A stretch of 64,000 nt of DNA from Euryarchaeota archaeon UBA486 (GTDB lineage: Archaea; Thermoplasmatota; Poseidoniia; Poseidoniales; Poseidoniaceae), in assembly GCA_002497765.1 (NCBI GenBank), contig DAET01000046.1, forward strand, positions 88,988-152,987, given 5' to 3'. Below, piece after piece: positions 37,441-46,373 of the stretch; position 1 is the stretch's first letter, and the number at the start of each line of letters is the position of its first letter. A program made the translations under genes and the position numbers. The notes under the pieces are model-generated. The model had not been told where the DNA came from. It saw only the letters and a list, made by a program, of their open reading frames with translations, and did no database searches.

Positions 37441-37454
37441 GACCTCAAAGGCTC

Positions 37455-38492
37455 GTGGCCGAACCAACCCTCATGGGAGAGGCTCCCCGTTTCAACCGAT
37501 GTTTGGTGGGCGGTACCTTTGACCGCCTTCATGCCGGCCATCGTTTGCTTCTCGATGCCGCAGCGCGAGCGGCAGCACACGTTGAAGTTCACATCACGAG
37601 CGACAAGATGGCCGACCAAAAGTCGGTGAACATGCAGTCGTTTGAGACGCGTCGAGACGAAGTGCTCAACTGGGCAGAACGTCATGCGCCACGCCGAGTT
37701 TCCGTCCATGAACTGACCGATATCCACGGGCCTGCCCCACATCATCCCGAAGCTGACTGCATCGTCGCCACGCCCGAAACAAAAGGCGAATGCGAGCGGA
37801 TCAACGTGAAGCGTATGGAGCATGCCCTTCCTCCGCTCCATATCGTAGAGGTGGCGCATCTTCGGGAGGTTGATGGCGCCATCATCAGTTCAACCCGCAT
37901 TCGAAACGGGTTGGTGGACCCGGACGGTCACCCCTGGATGACAACAACGTGGAGGCAAGCTGTGCTTCGCATGCACCCGAGGGCCGAACCCGAACTGAAA
38001 TCCCCCATGGGCACGCTCTACAAAGGCCCTGAATCCACACCTGAGATCGCGATGTCGGCGGCGCTTGAGGACCTCGACACATCCGAGATCATTCTCATCG
38101 CTGTGGGTGACGTGACCGTCGCCACCTTGCTGGCGATGGACGTCGTTCCCGACATGGCGTTTGTTGACGGGCAAACAAAGCGCCAAGCCTTGGATGAGGA
38201 CGACCAGGTGGATTTGTCGAAGTTCCCGCATCGGCTTGATGCAACCAATCCAGCCGGCGTGTTGACCCCAAATTTACGGGAGGCCATCGAGCAAGCCTCC
38301 GCCCTGGAAGAGCCCGTGGTGGTTGTGGTGGATGGCGAGGAAGACCTGGCGCCGCTGTTCATCCACTTGCACGTTCCTCTTCACGCGGTGGTGTTGTACG
38401 GCCAGCCGCACACCGGGGTGGTGGTTCAGCCCAGCAGCCTCGCGACCAAGATGCGATGCCGTCGCCTTCTCGAGTTGTTTGAGGTGGAGTGA
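37455..38492 (+). CDS. Bifunctional CoA-biosynthesis protein: archaeal-type phosphopantetheine adenylyltransferase (N-terminal) fused to a DUF359 domain (GTP-dependent dephospho-CoA kinase family, C-terminal)
   Basis: N-terminal VGGTFDRLHAGH nucleotidyltransferase motif; C-terminal …ILIAVGDVTVATLLAMDVVPDMAFVDGQTKRQ… matching DUF359. Confidence 0.6.
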   Translation: MAEPTLMGEAPRFNRCLVGGTFDRLHAGHRLLLDAAARAAAHVEVHITSDKMADQKSVNMQSFETRRDEVLNWAERHAPRRVSVHELTDIHGPAPHHPEADCIVATPETKGECERINVKRMEHALPPLHIVEVAHLREVDGAIISSTRIRNGLVDPDGHPWMTTTWRQAVLRMHPRAEPELKSPMGTLYKGPESTPEIAMSAALEDLDTSEIILIAVGDVTVATLLAMDVVPDMAFVDGQTKRQALDEDDQVDLSKFPHRLDATNPAGVLTPNLREAIEQASALEEPVVVVVDGEEDLAPLFIHLHVPLHAVVLYGQPHTGVVVQPSSLATKMRCRRLLELFEVE

Positions 38493-39605
38493 TTGGCTGA
38501 ACCCCTCGTGTCCATCACCGTTTGCGTACGCGACGGCGCTCATTGGATTGCGGGTTGCCTTGACGCGCTCATCGCTCAAACCTACCCTTCGTTCGAAATC
38601 CTGGTGGTCAATGACGGCTCGACGGACGATGCTGCGTCGGTGCTGGAACCTTACCATGATCCTGAGGGGGTGAACGGTGTTCCACTCCGCGTTCATCATC
38701 AAGCACCGCTTGGATTGTCTGCCGGCCGCCAATGGGCAGTCGAGCACGCGAAAGGTGATTGGGTGGCCATCACCGACATTGATGTACGCCCTGAACCGGA
38801 CTGGATCACCAATCTTGTGGCCCACATTCATCCTGTTGATGAGCGGGAGCAGGTGGTCGCCGTGACCGGTCGCACCGTTTTTGAACAGGCCAACGACCTC
38901 GTCAGTCGTCTTCGTTCGGTTGAAATCGCCGCCAAATATCGCGCTCGGCCCCGAAGAACGAGTTTAGCGAACGGCCCCTGTTCCATGTTCCAAAAAGAAG
39001 CCCTCTTGGCGGTGGGTGGATTTGATCCGTCGTGGTACCACGCCGAAGACATGGAGGTGAGCCTTCGCCTCCTTCAGGCAGGAGGCACCATCGTCTACGC
39101 CCGGGATGCGCTGGTGAAGCACGTGCCCGAAACCGGTGCCGCTCATTTCCTGGCAAAACGTCGCCGAGACGCTCGTGCGCACGTTCGGATTGTTCGCCAC
39201 CATCCAAAACGGCAACGCAGCGGACCAGGCTTTGATTTCCTGGGCAGTTCCACCATGGTGCTGTGCTTGCTTCCCCTCTGGCTTGCCATCCTTGGATCGG
39301 GCGCACCGTTCATCTTCGGATTGATGTCAGGAGAATTCGGGTTTGACCAAACCGCCGTTGACCATTGGGAAACCCGAGTGTTGCTCGCGGCCTTCCTCAT
39401 GCTCCTCATTCACGAATTGCTCCTCTGGCGGGGACGGTTGGGTGTGGTGAATCGAGAAGTGATGCGGTCGGCGCCCACCAACAAAATCGTCGCCATGCTC
39501 GGTGTTCGCCGTCTCACGTTCCGCTGGAGCCTTGCACTGTGGCACGGCTTGTTGCTCGGATTGTTCGATGCCCTTCTCGGGCGAAACGGCCATCGTCGGT
39601 CGTGA
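38493..39605 (+). CDS. Family 2 glycosyltransferase with C-terminal membrane domain
   Basis: …ITVCVRDGAHWIAGCLDALIAQTYPSFEILVVNDGSTDD…, DXD …ITDIDV…, …FDPSWYHAEDMEV…; 4 C-terminal TM helices. Confidence 0.75.
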   Translation: MAEPLVSITVCVRDGAHWIAGCLDALIAQTYPSFEILVVNDGSTDDAASVLEPYHDPEGVNGVPLRVHHQAPLGLSAGRQWAVEHAKGDWVAITDIDVRPEPDWITNLVAHIHPVDEREQVVAVTGRTVFEQANDLVSRLRSVEIAAKYRARPRRTSLANGPCSMFQKEALLAVGGFDPSWYHAEDMEVSLRLLQAGGTIVYARDALVKHVPETGAAHFLAKRRRDARAHVRIVRHHPKRQRSGPGFDFLGSSTMVLCLLPLWLAILGSGAPFIFGLMSGEFGFDQTAVDHWETRVLLAAFLMLLIHELLLWRGRLGVVNREVMRSAPTNKIVAMLGVRRLTFRWSLALWHGLLLGLFDALLGRNGHRRS

Positions 39606-39607
39606 AC

Positions 39608-40228
39608 TCAATCGATGTTCTCGTCGCCAGGTGGGGCACGGCTGGCGTGGTTCAAGGCCACACCTGCCGCCATGAGGGCGATGGTGACCGAATACACGCC
39701 AACATCAATCCAACCCTTGTGGGCGATTCCGAAGTAAAGGTAGAACGCAAGACCGAGCAGGAGGCACCATGCAGCCATGGTTCGCTGGCCGCCGGCCACC
39801 GAGGTGTCGTTGAGGGCCGTCCAGGTATCGTTGATAACGAGGCCGCGGAACCAGTCTGCAACGGGTTGTTGCTGGTTGATGGTCTTGGAACCGAAGGCGA
39901 TGAGCGCTGCGCATCCGGCCATGAAGATGGTGTCACCAAGGACTTCGAAATGGAAGCCATCTTTTGCTTCGCCAAAGGCTGCGTTGGTGGCTTCAAAGGT
40001 GAGCAGGCCACCCCAGGAGACGTGGTAGGTCGGGTGAATCATGCCGAACATGTTCAGAGCGGCCAGGACCAATCCCCATAGGCCGACGCAGACCATGACG
40101 GACGCATAAACGGGCACCTTTCCGCTGGTGGATTGGGCGGTTGCATCGTCGCTCATGGGCCCTGCGACTTGCGAACTGCATTTAAGCACACCGAAACGGG
40201 TGAACTCCGAACGAAACCACGTCCTCAC
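39608..40228 (-). CDS. Hypothetical integral membrane protein (5-6 TM)
   Basis: Hydrophobic helices throughout; likely start at internal MSDDATAQ; 4-bp overlap with orc1/cdc6. Confidence 0.4.
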   Translation of the reverse strand: MRTWFRSEFTRFGVLKCSSQVAGPMSDDATAQSTSGKVPVYASVMVCVGLWGLVLAALNMFGMIHPTYHVSWGGLLTFEATNAAFGEAKDGFHFEVLGDTIFMAGCAALIAFGSKTINQQQPVADWFRGLVINDTWTALNDTSVAGGQRTMAAWCLLLGLAFYLYFGIAHKGWIDVGVYSVTIALMAAGVALNHASRAPPGDENID

Positions 40229-41466
40229 AACGAGGTTTGGTGGTGGTAGTTGGAATTGAACACCGTGCGCATCTCTTCTTCGGCGGTGCCCATGATTTCA
40301 CGAACGTCCACGTTGGCGGGGATGCAGGAATTGATTTCCTTGGACCGGCCATAACGGCCCTTGCTCACGGTGCGCGCCGTGACCAAACCCAGCATGTCAA
40401 GGTTGGAAATCAATCCGGAAATTCGGCGTTGAGTGAGTGGGTTTTGCCTGATGTGCTTGCAGGCTTGGCGGTAGATGTCGTACACTTGGCCGGTTTGGAC
40501 GTTGCGCAATCCGTTCTGTTCGTTGAGGAGAATGGCGGCAAGAACCAGTTTTTGTTGGCTGGGGAGGGTGGCGATCACGGGCGTCATTTGGTCGGATTCA
40601 ATCTGACTCTGGGCAATGCGAACGTGGTTTTGGTTCACGATGGATTCGCCAGACTGTTCGGCCTTTTCAGCTGAAATCCTGAGTAAATCCAATGCGCACC
40701 GTGCGTCCCCATGTTCTTGCGCAGCCAGTGCCGCACACAACTCGATGACGCCGGGCCCAATGGCTTCGGCGTCCAACCCTTCTTGAGCGCGTTGGCGGAG
40801 AATGTCCTGGAGCTGTTCGGCGTCGTAGGGTCGGAACAGCACGTCCAACTGCCCGAGTCGAGATCGGACACGAGGGTCAAGGAAATCGGTGAATTTGAGG
40901 TCGTTGGAAATGCCAATGACGCACGAACGGGCGTGCTTGAGCGAGGCGTTCATGCTGGTCAGGTTGTACAGGAGGTCATCGCCGGCCTTGCGAACAAGGT
41001 GGTCAATTTCGTCGAGAACGATCACAAACACACCGCCACGTCGGTCCATTCTTCGCACAAGTTCGTTGAAGACACGGTCGGTGGGCCAACCTGTGAAAGG
41101 AATCTCATCTTGTTCAAAATCCTCAAGCAGTGAATTTCCGATGTGGCTGAGCACCCGGTATTGCGTGTCAATTTGCCGACAATTGACCATGATGGACTCC
41201 ACCTGGCGACCCATGGTCTGGCCTTTGGCTCGAAGGTGATGACAGACGTAATCCGTGACGGCCGTTTTCCCGGCTCCCGTCACCCCGTAGAGGGTCATGT
41301 TACTGGGGATGTGGCCCTTCAGGGCTTCCCACAGGTTGTAGGAAATTTTCTCAATCTCTTCCTGTCGATGAGGAAGTTGAGAGGGGCGGTAATTGTGGCG
41401 AAGATGTTCCTTGTTTTTGAAGAGGGTTTTCTGGGAAACAAACTTGTCAAAGATGTTGGTTTCCAT
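40225..41466 (-). CDS. cdc6: Orc1/Cdc6 replication initiator (AAA+ with C-terminal winged helix)
   Basis: …PSNMTLYGVTGAGKTAV… Walker A, …VFVIVLDEIDHL… Walker B, sensor …ISNDLKF…, C-terminal wH …RISGLISNLDMLGLVTAR…. Confidence 0.9.
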   Translation of the reverse strand: METNIFDKFVSQKTLFKNKEHLRHNYRPSQLPHRQEEIEKISYNLWEALKGHIPSNMTLYGVTGAGKTAVTDYVCHHLRAKGQTMGRQVESIMVNCRQIDTQYRVLSHIGNSLLEDFEQDEIPFTGWPTDRVFNELVRRMDRRGGVFVIVLDEIDHLVRKAGDDLLYNLTSMNASLKHARSCVIGISNDLKFTDFLDPRVRSRLGQLDVLFRPYDAEQLQDILRQRAQEGLDAEAIGPGVIELCAALAAQEHGDARCALDLLRISAEKAEQSGESIVNQNHVRIAQSQIESDQMTPVIATLPSQQKLVLAAILLNEQNGLRNVQTGQVYDIYRQACKHIRQNPLTQRRISGLISNLDMLGLVTARTVSKGRYGRSKEINSCIPANVDVREIMGTAEEEMRTVFNSNYHHQTSL

Positions 41467-41480
41467 TGAATTTCACCTCC

Positions 41481-41490
41481 CTATTTATAC
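41481..41490 (-). promoter_or_regulatory. TATA-like element (minus-strand read TATAAATA) ~20 nt upstream of the orc1/cdc6 ATG, with GGAGGTGA 7 nt upstream of the ATG
   Basis: Read directly; spacing suggests a very short leader. Confidence 0.3.
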
Positions 41491-41676
41491 CAAGGACGAG
41501 GGAGTCAATTGCCGACTCACCGCCATGAGTTGGCTGAGTCCGAGTCCCCCTTATATGCCTGTCCACGGGGAGCGATGGAAGGCCTTGATTTGGTGAAGAG
41601 TGGACTCCTCAATGGTGGATATAAAGTTAGGGCAAAATGAGTGAAAATGAACATTTTCGGAGCCACGAATTTGAGG

Positions 41677-42465
41677 TCAGGAATTGACCACCCATCGTTC
41701 GCCGGACCACTCAATGCTCATCCGGTCGCTCAGGTGGATGACATGGTCGGCAAACTCGGGGAATTCCGATTCAAGGACGGTCGCAAACGATGAGGGTTCG
41801 TCGATGTAGGTGTGGGTGATGCCCAACGGCGTCTTGCAGCGCTCCGAGAGGGCGCGAACATCCATTGGTTTGTGATGATGGGTCGAGGGAACCCAATCGG
41901 GAAAACCCATCTCCAGGATGGCGAAGTTCGAGCGTTCAATCGCGTCGTAGAGCGTGTCGCACGGCCCCGAGTCGCCGCTGTGGACGAACGATGCTCCGCT
42001 CGGGTGCTCGAAACGGTAGCCGTGAGGCTCAACGGCGTCGTCGTGATGCACCTCAAAGCGTTCCCACCGCCACCCGTCATCGAGCTCACCAACATCTTCC
42101 ATGACCCATGTGACATGCTCGATCATGCTGTCAAGTGAACCGGGAAAGGCCAACTGGCACAACTGCGTGAGCCGTTCCTTCACGAACGGGGTTCCCACCA
42201 CGGTCAGCGGTTCGACGCCGTCGCGGTCCGAGATGTACTTGCGCTCCAAGAGGAGAAACGGAAAGCCGAACACATGGTCTCCGTGCACGTGCGTGATGAA
42301 CACGGTTCGTAGGTCGGCGATGTTCATGCCGTGTCGTCGAAGCCCCGCCAGCGCCGTGGGAGGTGCGTCAATGATGTGCTGCTGGTCGAACATGGCGAAC
42401 GAGTGGTGCCGTCCGTGGGGAAGGAAGGCGTTTCCCGTGCCGAGCATGTCGATGCGGGGGGCCAT
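41677..42465 (-). CDS. MBL-fold metallo-hydrolase
   Basis: …FITHVHGDHVFGFPFLL… (HxHxDH motif). Start set at internal MAPRIDMLGTGNAF so as not to overlap the divergent reductase gene. Confidence 0.65.
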   Translation of the reverse strand: MAPRIDMLGTGNAFLPHGRHHSFAMFDQQHIIDAPPTALAGLRRHGMNIADLRTVFITHVHGDHVFGFPFLLLERKYISDRDGVEPLTVVGTPFVKERLTQLCQLAFPGSLDSMIEHVTWVMEDVGELDDGWRWERFEVHHDDAVEPHGYRFEHPSGASFVHSGDSGPCDTLYDAIERSNFAILEMGFPDWVPSTHHHKPMDVRALSERCKTPLGITHTYIDEPSSFATVLESEFPEFADHVIHLSDRMSIEWSGERWVVNS

Positions 42466-42596
42466 GACGCTGGGAGTCCCTGCGCCTTCTTGTTCCCATC
42501 GGTTGGTGAGGTTTGGTGCAGGGATGCGAGGGCATACCAAGGATGATATAGCCACCTTTGGTGCCAAAATCAACCCCCGTGGTATGAGGTGACGCA

Positions 42597-43847
42597 ATGA
42601 GTGACTGGTCCGCAAAAAACCCCTACATGACACAGATTACGGAGAACTTCATCCTCAACGGCGAAGGCTCGAGGAAGGAGACACGCCACATCGTGTTCGC
42701 GCTCGGTGATTCGGGCCTTGACTACAAGGTTGGCGACGCCCTCGGCGTGATCGCTGAAAACCCCCCTCACATCGTGGATGAACTGCTCGAGGTGCAGGGC
42801 TGGGACCGAGAGGCGACGGTGACCACGCACAACGGTGAGCGCACCCTTTACGACGCGCTGAAGAAAGATTTCGAGGTCCACATGGCCAACAAGAAATTCG
42901 TGCAGTCGCTCGCAGAAAAAGTGGTGTCCAGCGGAATGAAGATCAGCATGAGCATCGTGTCTCGCACTCGCAACGATGCGACCTGGTCCGCCACCGACGA
43001 CCAGCAAACCCCTCCTGCGCTCCGCCCCTCCGTGCCATCAGACGACCCTGCTGCCCAGGTCGAGGCCATCACCGCCGACACCAAGGCCATTGAGGACTAC
43101 CTGTGGACCCGAGATTACGTTGACATCATGCGTGAGTTCGACGTGAAGTATTCGCCCGAGGAATTCCTCGAACTGGCCGACCGCCTCAAGCCCCGTCTCT
43201 ATTCCATCGCTTCGTCCCACGACGCCCATCCCGGCTTCGTTGAGCTGACCGTCGGCATCGTCCGTTTCGAATACAACGGTCGAGCCCGTGGTGGCCTGTG
43301 CACCCAATTCATGGCCGATGAAATCGACACGTCCGGTGCGCCCATCGGCGTGTTCATGTCGCCCACCAAGTCCTTCATTCTCCCCGAGGACAAGGACACG
43401 GACATCATCATGGTCGGGCCGGGCACGGGCATCGCACCGTTCCGTGCCTTCATGGAACAGCGCGTCTTTGACGGCGGCTCGGGCAAGAACTGGTTGTTCT
43501 TTGGCGACCAGTCCGCCAAAACGGAATTCTACTACAAGGACGAAATTGAGTCGTGGATTGACGAGGGTCACCTTTGGCGCTTCACCACGGCGTGGTCCCG
43601 CGACCAGGCGGAGAAGATCTACGTTCAGCACCGCCTCAAGGAGCACGGCGCTGAAGTGTGGGAGTGGTTCGAGCGAGGCGCCTACTTCTACATCTGCGGC
43701 GACAAGCAGTACATGGCCAAGGACGTCCACCGAGCCCTCATTGAAATCGCCATTGAGCACGGTGGTATGTCCGAGGACGACGCCACGCACTTCATCGAGA
43801 AAACGATGATGCGCGAGCAAAAGCGCTACCTGCGTGACGTCTACTGA
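42597..43847 (+). CDS. NADPH-dependent FAD-binding reductase (CysJ / cytochrome-P450-reductase FNR-like module; no flavodoxin domain)
   Basis: …ETRHIVFALGDSGLDYKVGDALGV… (CysJ FAD-domain start), …RLYSIASS… FAD motif, …IIMVGPGTGIAPFRAF… NADPH motif, …YFYICGD…. Confidence 0.7.
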   Translation: MSDWSAKNPYMTQITENFILNGEGSRKETRHIVFALGDSGLDYKVGDALGVIAENPPHIVDELLEVQGWDREATVTTHNGERTLYDALKKDFEVHMANKKFVQSLAEKVVSSGMKISMSIVSRTRNDATWSATDDQQTPPALRPSVPSDDPAAQVEAITADTKAIEDYLWTRDYVDIMREFDVKYSPEEFLELADRLKPRLYSIASSHDAHPGFVELTVGIVRFEYNGRARGGLCTQFMADEIDTSGAPIGVFMSPTKSFILPEDKDTDIIMVGPGTGIAPFRAFMEQRVFDGGSGKNWLFFGDQSAKTEFYYKDEIESWIDEGHLWRFTTAWSRDQAEKIYVQHRLKEHGAEVWEWFERGAYFYICGDKQYMAKDVHRALIEIAIEHGGMSEDDATHFIEKTMMREQKRYLRDVY

Positions 43848-43864
43848 GCGGCGGCCTTCGTCTG

Positions 43865-44938
43865 TTGCGCACGTCGTTCTCGTGCACAGGTGCGCAAAGC
43901 CCTCAAAACACAACGGTCGATGTCACCTGCATGGAGGAGGAGGGCATCGGCTTCAAGGCCCGATTGGTCTCAATGCTTCTGCGCCTCTTGACCTTGGGCC
44001 TCATCGCTGTCGCCCTGATGATTTCCACCGAAGGCATCGTGGTCGTGCTGCTGCTGTTTGTCCTCGTCGTACCGTTTGAGAAACTGTTCCCGCGTCATCG
44101 TGGCCAAAAGGTCAGACGACCTCACTTGGACACGGACGTGGGCTATGCGCTCGCCTCACCGTTGATGGGTCTGCTCACGGGGTTCGTGGCCATCGCCATC
44201 GGCCTGCTCAGCCTGGCTTGGATTCCGGGATTGCTGCTTGCGCCGTATGTCGCCAAGATTCCAGCAGCCTACATGCCAGTGGTTGGGTTCCTGCTGTTCG
44301 ACGCGTTGGTGTACTGGACGCATCGCTTCTACCACGAGATTCCCGTCTTGTGGAAATTTCACGCCATCCATCATTCTACGGAGCACCTTGACTGGGCCAG
44401 CGGATTCCGTGCTCATCCGCTCGACGGGACCATCCTGGCTCCTGCGTTCGTGTTTCTTGTCACCGCAGGCTTCTCCTTTGAGTTGACCGGGGCCCTTGCC
44501 GCTGCTCAACTTATTCTCGGATTGTTCCTCCACGCCAACGTGAGGTGGCGGCTCAAGTGGCTGCACCGCCTCATCATCACGCCTGAATTCCACCACTGGC
44601 ACCACACCAATGAACGGGATGCGATTTGGACGAACTACTCCACGTTCCTACCGCTTTGGGACCAGTTGTTCGGGACCTACTTCATGCCAAAGGACCGGCG
44701 TCCACAGTCCTACGGAGTGAATGAACCCATCCCTGACGGTATCCTGCGTCAGTTGCGTCATCCGTTCAAAGGGTGGAGAAACCCGTTGTGGTACCTCGTC
44801 CACCCCTTCAAGTCCCTGCGACGTTCGTTGTCGTTCACGAGGGCCATTCTTCGCTCCATGCGCAAGTCGATGTTTCGCAAGCGGGGCACGAAACCATGGG
44901 ACGTTTATCCGCCGGAGGAAGCTGCAAGGACGCAGTGA
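43865..44938 (+). CDS. Fatty-acid hydroxylase / sterol-desaturase superfamily membrane di-iron enzyme
   Basis: His boxes WTHRFYHE, HAIHHSTEH and FHHWHH in a 4-TM scaffold. Confidence 0.7.
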   Translation: MRTSFSCTGAQSPQNTTVDVTCMEEEGIGFKARLVSMLLRLLTLGLIAVALMISTEGIVVVLLLFVLVVPFEKLFPRHRGQKVRRPHLDTDVGYALASPLMGLLTGFVAIAIGLLSLAWIPGLLLAPYVAKIPAAYMPVVGFLLFDALVYWTHRFYHEIPVLWKFHAIHHSTEHLDWASGFRAHPLDGTILAPAFVFLVTAGFSFELTGALAAAQLILGLFLHANVRWRLKWLHRLIITPEFHHWHHTNERDAIWTNYSTFLPLWDQLFGTYFMPKDRRPQSYGVNEPIPDGILRQLRHPFKGWRNPLWYLVHPFKSLRRSLSFTRAILRSMRKSMFRKRGTKPWDVYPPEEAARTQ

Positions 44939-45026
44939 TCCATGCCGCTCCGGGCACACGGTCAAGGTGGACATTGCTCAGATTGCGACCGCTTTGCTCA
45001 TAGATTGAGTCGGCCGACAAGGTGTC

Positions 45027-46367
45027 ATGGGCTTCAAGCGCGTGCTGATTGCCAACCGCGGCGAAATCGCTCTCCGTATTCTTCGCACCCTCCGAGACAT
45101 GGGCATTGAGGCGGCCATCATTCACGGTCGCGAGGACCGTTTGTCCCTTCCCGTCCAAATGGCGGACATCGCCTACCCCAACTACCGAACCAACCCGCTT
45201 GATTCCTACTTGGACATCGAAGCCGTTGTGCAAGCCGCCAAGGAACTCGAATGCGACGCTGTTCACCCCGGCTACGGCTTTTTGGCCGAGAACGCCGCCT
45301 TCGTCGCTCGCCTCGAGGAAGAAGGCATCACCTTCATCGGCCCAGCCTCGGGCGTGATCACGCTGCTCGGCGACAAAATTGAGGCTCGCGCAGCGATGGA
45401 AGCCGCGGGGTTGCCCACGGCCAAAGGGTCCTCCGAACCCATCGCCAGCGCCGAGGTCGCCAGTGCGCTTGCGGATGAAATCGGCTACCCTGTCATCATC
45501 AAGGCAGCCGCCGGGGGCGGTGGCATCGGCATGCAGATCGTGCAGCAGGCCGACGAGTTTGAGAGTGCACTCAAGCTCTGTCAGTCGCGTGCGAAGTCGG
45601 CTTTTGGCGACGAGCGCGTCTTCGTTGAGAAGTACATTCAAGGCGCGCAGCACGTTGAATTCCAGGTGTTGGCGGACGGCAAGAAGGCCATCCATTTCGG
45701 CGAGCGCTTTTGTTCCATTCAACGTCGCCACCAGAAGTTGGTCGAAGAAGGGCCGTGGCTGACCGATGAGAAGCGAGCGGAAATCGGTGCTTTGGTCTGC
45801 AAGGGCGCTGAAGCCGTGGGCTACAAGGGCCTGGCCACCTTTGAGTTCCTGCGCGACGCCAACGGCGATTTCTATTTCCTCGAGGTTAACCCTCGTGTTC
45901 AGGTTGAGCACACGGTAACCGAACTCATCACCGGACATAATCTCGTGGAACTCGGTATCCGGGTGGCCCAGGGTGAAGCCTTGCCGATGGAGCAAGAGGA
46001 CATCACCTGGCGTGGACATGCCATTCAATGCCGATTGAACGCTGAGGACCCGCGTGAGTTTGTTCCAAGCCCCGGGCGCCTGTGGGAGTGCCATTTCCCC
46101 AGTGGATTTGGGATTCGCTGCGATACGCACGCCCATCCCGGCTACGAGATGCCAGGCTGTTTTGATTCCCTGCTGGCCAAGCTGTTGGTGTGGGGTAGGG
46201 ACCGTGAAGACGCCGTCCGTCGCATGAAAACTGCGCTGGATGAAACGATGATTACGGGCGTTGAACACCTGATTCCGCTGCACCGCCGTATCATGGACGA
46301 GGAAGATTTCAACAACGGCGACATCACGATTCAATACATTGACATGCATCAAGAGTTGCTGGGGTGA
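45027..46367 (+). CDS. Biotin carboxylase (ATP-grasp; AccC / PycA-type)
   Basis: MGFKRVLIANRGEIALRILRT…, …GYPVIIKAAAGGGGIGMQIV…, …EVNPRVQVEHTVTE…. Confidence 0.85.
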   Translation: MGFKRVLIANRGEIALRILRTLRDMGIEAAIIHGREDRLSLPVQMADIAYPNYRTNPLDSYLDIEAVVQAAKELECDAVHPGYGFLAENAAFVARLEEEGITFIGPASGVITLLGDKIEARAAMEAAGLPTAKGSSEPIASAEVASALADEIGYPVIIKAAAGGGGIGMQIVQQADEFESALKLCQSRAKSAFGDERVFVEKYIQGAQHVEFQVLADGKKAIHFGERFCSIQRRHQKLVEEGPWLTDEKRAEIGALVCKGAEAVGYKGLATFEFLRDANGDFYFLEVNPRVQVEHTVTELITGHNLVELGIRVAQGEALPMEQEDITWRGHAIQCRLNAEDPREFVPSPGRLWECHFPSGFGIRCDTHAHPGYEMPGCFDSLLAKLLVWGRDREDAVRRMKTALDETMITGVEHLIPLHRRIMDEEDFNNGDITIQYIDMHQELLG

Positions 46368-46373
46368 GCGAAC

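Noticed and set aside
37113-37454. RNase P RNA as an alternative identity for the ORF-free structured region
   Set aside because: Universally conserved RNase P elements (AGGAAAGUCC, GGUAAG…, ACAGAA…GGCUUA) are absent. SRP RNA is the better, still unproven, fit
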